Source of the DNA: a virus
Lineage: Duplodnaviria; Caudoviricetes
Length of the DNA: 36,533 nt
Virus record (IMG/VR): IMGVR_UViG_3300039441_000119
Location: 1 to 36,533 of that record
Direction: 5' to 3' (one strand)
Shown here: positions 32,648 through 36,533 of the stretch, piece by piece
How positions within the stretch are numbered: the stretch's first letter is position 1
Layout: each line of letters opens with the position of its first letter
Notes under the pieces: generated by a model
Seen by the model: the letters and a program-made list of their open reading frames with translations, nothing else
Told to the model about the DNA's origin: nothing
Database searches by the model: none
Made by a program: the position numbers and the translations under genes

Positions 32648-33499
32648 CTAGAAGCCTGTAGAGCTTAGGTTGGTAGACGTATTGGACGGCGTCGCTACCG
32701 CCTGCTGCGTAACGAAGTCCAGAATTGTGGTGTGAATGGTGTTGAGGTCTGGCGACGTACTCTGGACGATGAACTCCATTGAGTAGTCGCGACTGTTCGG
32801 CTTCTTGGCGTTCTCGGTAAACTTGAGGACCTGCGTGAAGAAGCCGGCGAACTCTATGTTCACCGGGAACAGTGGCGAATAATAGGAGACGTAGAAGATG
32901 TTCGTACTGCCGTCCGAGAGCAGTATCGGCTCACGTGTCAGCTGATATAGGTTGTGCCATATTTGAAGGCGGTCGATAGCCTTGCTTAGCGCGACTTGGT
33001 CTTTCGTGTTTCTCGAGATGTTGCCCGTGTTGCCTTGGAATCGAATGGTCATAACATCGTTGTTTTGACCTTGATTGTTAGTGAAGTGATGGAACACAGT
33101 CCCACGTTGAACATCCTGGCGTGCATATCGCTTGGGCTGGTCGAACTCGACCGAGTTTGGATTGATGGCCATCGAGATGACTGGCAGAGCCTTGTCGAGC
33201 TGCTCGTTGAGCGAGAGAAGGTCTTCTCTGGACCCAAGCGTTCCAGCGGGTATTTGATTCGGATTCTGCGGAATCTGGAGGGTCTGTTCAAACGACCTTT
33301 TCTGAGCCGTCTTGACCTCGCTAATTTGGTCTGCAAGATTCAACAGAATGCGTCGCCGGGCACTCGAGGTGAATGACATTGCCTGCCGCGCATCGACCTG
33401 GTCACCGTTTCCATTTGGACGATGAATGAGATTGTTGAGCGCGGTATCAATTGCTCCGGCCTGAAGTGGAGCGATGAGGGGTGAAATGAGAGACGGCAT
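32648..33499 (-). CDS. tail tube initiator / baseplate organisation protein
   Basis: MAINPNSVEFDQPKRY ... TIRFQGNTG ... FAGFF ... FTENAKKPNSRDYSMEF; canonical position after tape measure. Confidence 0.7.
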   Translation of the reverse strand: MPSLISPLIAPLQAGAIDTALNNLIHRPNGNGDQVDARQAMSFTSSARRRILLNLADQISEVKTAQKRSFEQTLQIPQNPNQIPAGTLGSREDLLSLNEQLDKALPVISMAINPNSVEFDQPKRYARQDVQRGTVFHHFTNNQGQNNDVMTIRFQGNTGNISRNTKDQVALSKAIDRLQIWHNLYQLTREPILLSDGSTNIFYVSYYSPLFPVNIEFAGFFTQVLKFTENAKKPNSRDYSMEFIVQSTSPDLNTIHTTILDFVTQQAVATPSNTSTNLSSTGF

Positions 33500-33514
33500 G
33501 GTTATCGTTCCAAG

Positions 33515-35467
33515 TTACTTGATGCTAAGTTCAGGACCGTGAATCGGAGGAACCCCGTAGGACGTTCGTCTCTGCCTTTGCACATCCGCGGTGAGGTTCA
33601 CGTGAATGGTGTCGTCGCCGTCTACGATTGTGTGCGTCGTAGTGGCCTTGCCGACCGAGCCGGCGGTGGCAAACTTTGACTGCTTGAACGGAGCTCCCGG
33701 GTGTACTGTCGGGGCCGGAGCGGGCGTATTCTTCTTGAGATTGCGTTGTTCGTCGCTCAGCAGCGGGCCGAACGCCTCGCCGAGCTCTGATGTGAATTGA
33801 CCGCCCGCCTTGTCGAGATATTTTCCTACGTCCACGACGCGGTCGGCGATTTTTCCAGTTGAGGCTTTAAGGTCCTCCTCATAGCTTTCGAACGAGTATC
33901 CACTCTTCGGAGAGATTGCCTTGAACCCTCCGACGATAGCCGTGTAGATGGAGCCTAGAATCGAGACAGTCAACTGCCCGAACGACATCATCACCTGCTT
34001 GATGTCCTCCATCAACTTGTCCAAACCGCTAAGCTTCTCGAGCTGCATCTTCGCGACGGTGTCTTTGAACTCCTCGGCGGAGTTGACAAACTTGTCGAGC
34101 ACCGAGCCGCCACCACGCGCCAAGATGTCGGCGAGCTGGGGTGAGAAATGCGTAGCTCCCCTACTCAGAGCGAGATACTTGTCGGTCTCGCCTGTCGTAT
34201 TTCGAGTCATAATCTCAGAGCTAATGCGCAGTGCCTGCGTGACGAAGTCCTTGAGAGGTTTGCCCTCGAGCGTCAGGCCAGTCTCGAATTCGCGCAGGCC
34301 CTGCTCACCGCTAACGACCTTGCCCGTACGAAGCTCTGCCATTCGTTGTCCGACGAGAGCCTTGAGACCAGCATCGAATCCCTGCAGCGTCTGCGGGATG
34401 TTCTTGACGATATCCATCGCACGCTCGCCGGCATTGAGGCGGTTCTCCGCGGTGCCCTGTCCCGGCAGCATCTCGCGATAGGCGGACGCAACCTTTCGGT
34501 AGGTCAGCACGAGACCTTCCGCGTCGCCGCCCTGTGTGCGCAGTGCACTCGTCAGCTGTACGATGGTGCCGATGAACGCCTGTGAGTCCATCGCGGACTC
34601 GTGAGCGGCCAGACCTAGGTCTCGTACCTGCTTGACCGTCTTTTGCAGACTATTGCCGGTATCTCGAGTCAGCTGCGAGCTGAACGATGCAGCAGAGCCA
34701 GAGGCCATCTGGAATGCTTTGTCGATACCGAGCGCAACCTGAGGAATCGTATCGCCGAAGCCCTTGATGGCCACGCCGGCAGGCTGGAGCATCGACTCCA
34801 TTCGAACGCCACCGCTCGCGAACGCCGACCAGACGGAATTGATGTCGTCCTTGGTAGCGAGGAAGTTCTCCTCGAGCTTGCGAGTCTCGTCGCCTAGCGC
34901 ATTGCCGACGGCATGAACCTGCTCCGGCGTTACCTGCCCTGTGCGCGCAAACTGCATCGCAGTCTGACGACCGCCGGCCTGATAGCGCTCTTGGCGGAAT
35001 TGCGATTCGAGTGCGAGCTCGAGAAATGGGCCGATGTATGGAACTTTCCCAAGCAAACCTTCGATGGCGTTGCCTGGATTGCTTGCGAGTCCGCCCATCG
35101 TGTGGCCGAGGCCCTCAACGACGTCGCGCATGCTGAGCTTGCTGAGCTTGTCCTTGATTCGGTCGAGCTCATCCGTCAGAGGGCTGATGAGGTTTTTAAA
35201 CCCCATGACGTGCTTCTCCCAGCTGGTGAACATCTCCTCCGATTGCTTGGCCAGCTCGTCGAGCGAGTCGACCGAATCGCTCAGCTGAGACTTGACGCTC
35301 TCGAGTCCCTCCTCGGCGGACTTGACCGCTCGAGTACTCGCCTCGCTCGCTCCGGCAATCTTGTCGGCGACTCGACCGATGGAATCCTCGATGTTATGGA
35401 TGGCCTCGATGAGCTTCCTCATCTCGTGCTCATTCGAGAAGATGCTGGCTAGCTTACTCGGGTCCAT
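33515..35467 (-). CDS. tape measure protein (650 aa)
   Basis: Long Ala/Gly/Leu-rich helical protein directly downstream of the frameshifted chaperone pair. Confidence 0.8.
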   Translation of the reverse strand: MDPSKLASIFSNEHEMRKLIEAIHNIEDSIGRVADKIAGASEASTRAVKSAEEGLESVKSQLSDSVDSLDELAKQSEEMFTSWEKHVMGFKNLISPLTDELDRIKDKLSKLSMRDVVEGLGHTMGGLASNPGNAIEGLLGKVPYIGPFLELALESQFRQERYQAGGRQTAMQFARTGQVTPEQVHAVGNALGDETRKLEENFLATKDDINSVWSAFASGGVRMESMLQPAGVAIKGFGDTIPQVALGIDKAFQMASGSAASFSSQLTRDTGNSLQKTVKQVRDLGLAAHESAMDSQAFIGTIVQLTSALRTQGGDAEGLVLTYRKVASAYREMLPGQGTAENRLNAGERAMDIVKNIPQTLQGFDAGLKALVGQRMAELRTGKVVSGEQGLREFETGLTLEGKPLKDFVTQALRISSEIMTRNTTGETDKYLALSRGATHFSPQLADILARGGGSVLDKFVNSAEEFKDTVAKMQLEKLSGLDKLMEDIKQVMMSFGQLTVSILGSIYTAIVGGFKAISPKSGYSFESYEEDLKASTGKIADRVVDVGKYLDKAGGQFTSELGEAFGPLLSDEQRNLKKNTPAPAPTVHPGAPFKQSKFATAGSVGKATTTHTIVDGDDTIHVNLTADVQRQRRTSYGVPPIHGPELSIK

Positions 35468-35484
35468 CTTACTTTCACTGGCAC

Positions 35485-36524
35485 CTACGCCTTATCAGCG
35501 GCGGCCGGGTTGCGGCTGGACCTATCGGTCTCAGCCGGATCCCACTCACCTTCGACAACCTCAACTCCCAAGGATTTCAGTAGGTCCTGGTGCTCCTTAG
35601 AGCGCCAACGCTCGTCTGGGTCGTCGGAGTTGACTCCACTGAATAATGGCTCCAAATCGCCAACATCGAAGTCCATCAGCTCGTCCATCAGGGCATCGGT
35701 GGCTGGATTGTTGAGGGCGTCCTTCTGGGCCTTCTCCTCGCTCTCCTGGGCTAGAAGCTCTTCGACCACCTCAGGTCGGGCGATGAACGGCAGAAGCGAG
35801 CGGAACGGGGTAGGCTCGCCCTCCTCAGCCTTGCCGGCACCGATATGGCAACCGAGCAGGTGGACTAGAAGCTCTCGAAGGCTGCCGTAGCAGGCCTTGT
35901 AGACCTCGGTGACGAATTTGACCCGCTCCTCGCGCTCCTCGCGCTCGCGCTTGCGAATGGCGAGCGCCTCCACAAGCCACTGCATGTGGCTCATCTCGGC
36001 GACACTCGGGTCTGATAGGAGAACGCCCTTCCGAGCGAGAACGTACGACCTTAGCTGGCCGTCGGCGTCTCCTTCGAGAAATTTTCGACGGCCGCCATTG
36101 CCTTCTTGTGCTCCGGGACCATCTTCGAGTACTCGGCGTACAATCCGTCGGTGATGAACGTGTCGGTCTCCTCTCGGAGCCAGGCAAGCACCTGGGCCCG
36201 ACGCCAGTCACGCAGCTCGCGCTGGTCCGAATTCAACCGCTCCCGCATCTTCACGTCGACGTCGTCCGGTTGGAACAGCTGCTCCACCGGAACCTCGTCG
36301 ATGGAGCTGAGCGATGCGGCCACCGTCGGCTGCCGAACGTTATAGATGGTCGCCGCGAGGGTCGTACCGTCGCAGTTCATCGCCACCCACTCTTCAGCCT
36401 CTGGTTTGAGAAGCTTGAGCGTGTACTTGTGGCCGAGAATCTCGACCGTGGTTGATGGAAGTCGCCCGCTGAGCGCTCCGCTGACCTCTGCGAGCAGAGG
36501 ATGTCTCTTCGCTGTTCCTGCCAT
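35485..36524 (-). CDS. tail assembly chaperone, long (G-T) form via -1 frameshift, about 346 aa
   Basis: -1 frame is open from the heptamer (FLEGDADGQLRSYVLARKGVLLSDPSVAE) into ORF 35485..35994. Confidence 0.85.
36037..36084 (-). promoter_or_regulatory. -1 programmed ribosomal frameshift signal: slippery heptamer A AAT TTC (36078-36084) plus downstream stem-loop (36037-36071)
   Basis: In-frame X XXY YYZ heptamer; after a 6-nt spacer GAGACG-CCG-ACGGCC-AGCTAA-GGTCGT-A-CGTTCTC can fold into an interrupted hairpin. Confidence 0.85.
36051..36524 (-). CDS. tail assembly chaperone, short (G) form
   Basis: 157-aa ORF upstream of tape measure, ending ..VENFSKETPTAS*. Confidence 0.85.
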   Translation of the reverse strand: MAGTAKRHPLLAEVSGALSGRLPSTTVEILGHKYTLKLLKPEAEEWVAMNCDGTTLAATIYNVRQPTVAASLSSIDEVPVEQLFQPDDVDVKMRERLNSDQRELRDWRRAQVLAWLREETDTFITDGLYAEYSKMVPEHKKAMAAVENFSKETPTAS

Positions 36525-36533
36525 ATTCCTCGA

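Noticed and set aside
22791-33514. Amber (TAG) recoding or readthrough fusing structural genes, since 7 of 16 junctions are in frame and stop-free
   Set aside because: About one third is expected by chance; genes end at natural family C-termini and downstream genes have proper starts; no gene looks fragmented by internal TAG
35825-36211. 128-aa minus-strand ORF as the frameshift partner of the chaperone
   Set aside because: It is in the +1 frame with Arg/Pro-rich off-frame composition; the -1 frame gives the coherent product
26285-36524. Extracellular contractile injection system or tailocin rather than a phage
   Set aside because: G/GT chaperone frameshift, Dam, sigma-like factor and dense small ORFans indicate a phage genome, although capsid genes lie outside the window
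1-36533. tRNA, rRNA or other structured RNA genes
   Set aside because: Intergenic gaps are nearly all under 75 bp and none shows cloverleaf or T-loop signatures by eye; tRNAscan/Infernal not run

Overview
A 36.5-kb, GC-rich (roughly 60%, by eye) segment of a large contractile-tailed (myovirus-like) phage genome. 1-1786 (+): a 5'-truncated Dam-family adenine methyltransferase and four small, mostly membrane, proteins. 1797-10550 (-): about 21 small non-structural genes, including a divergent sigma70-like factor, a winged-helix protein, several Zn-ribbon proteins, and a cassette of a stand-alone WYL protein, a cysteine-free thioredoxin-like fold and an NMP-kinase-like fold lacking the Walker-A lysine. 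10577-36524 (-): the tail module, transcribed right to left. It runs tail assembly chaperone with a clear -1 programmed frameshift (A AAT TTC plus downstream hairpin), tape measure, tube initiator, hub fused to an M15 peptidase, spike, gp25-like and baseplate J-like proteins. An 8-kb cluster of seven paralog-built fibre/decoration genes follows (a 16 x 20-aa repeat protein, two plus three paralogous subunits, a shared inserted module, split Ig/lectin domains), then a 1511-aa wedge protein and a tail fibre. No RNA genes, CRISPR array, integrase or reverse transcriptase were seen. All calls come from reading motifs and gene order by eye; no database search was run.
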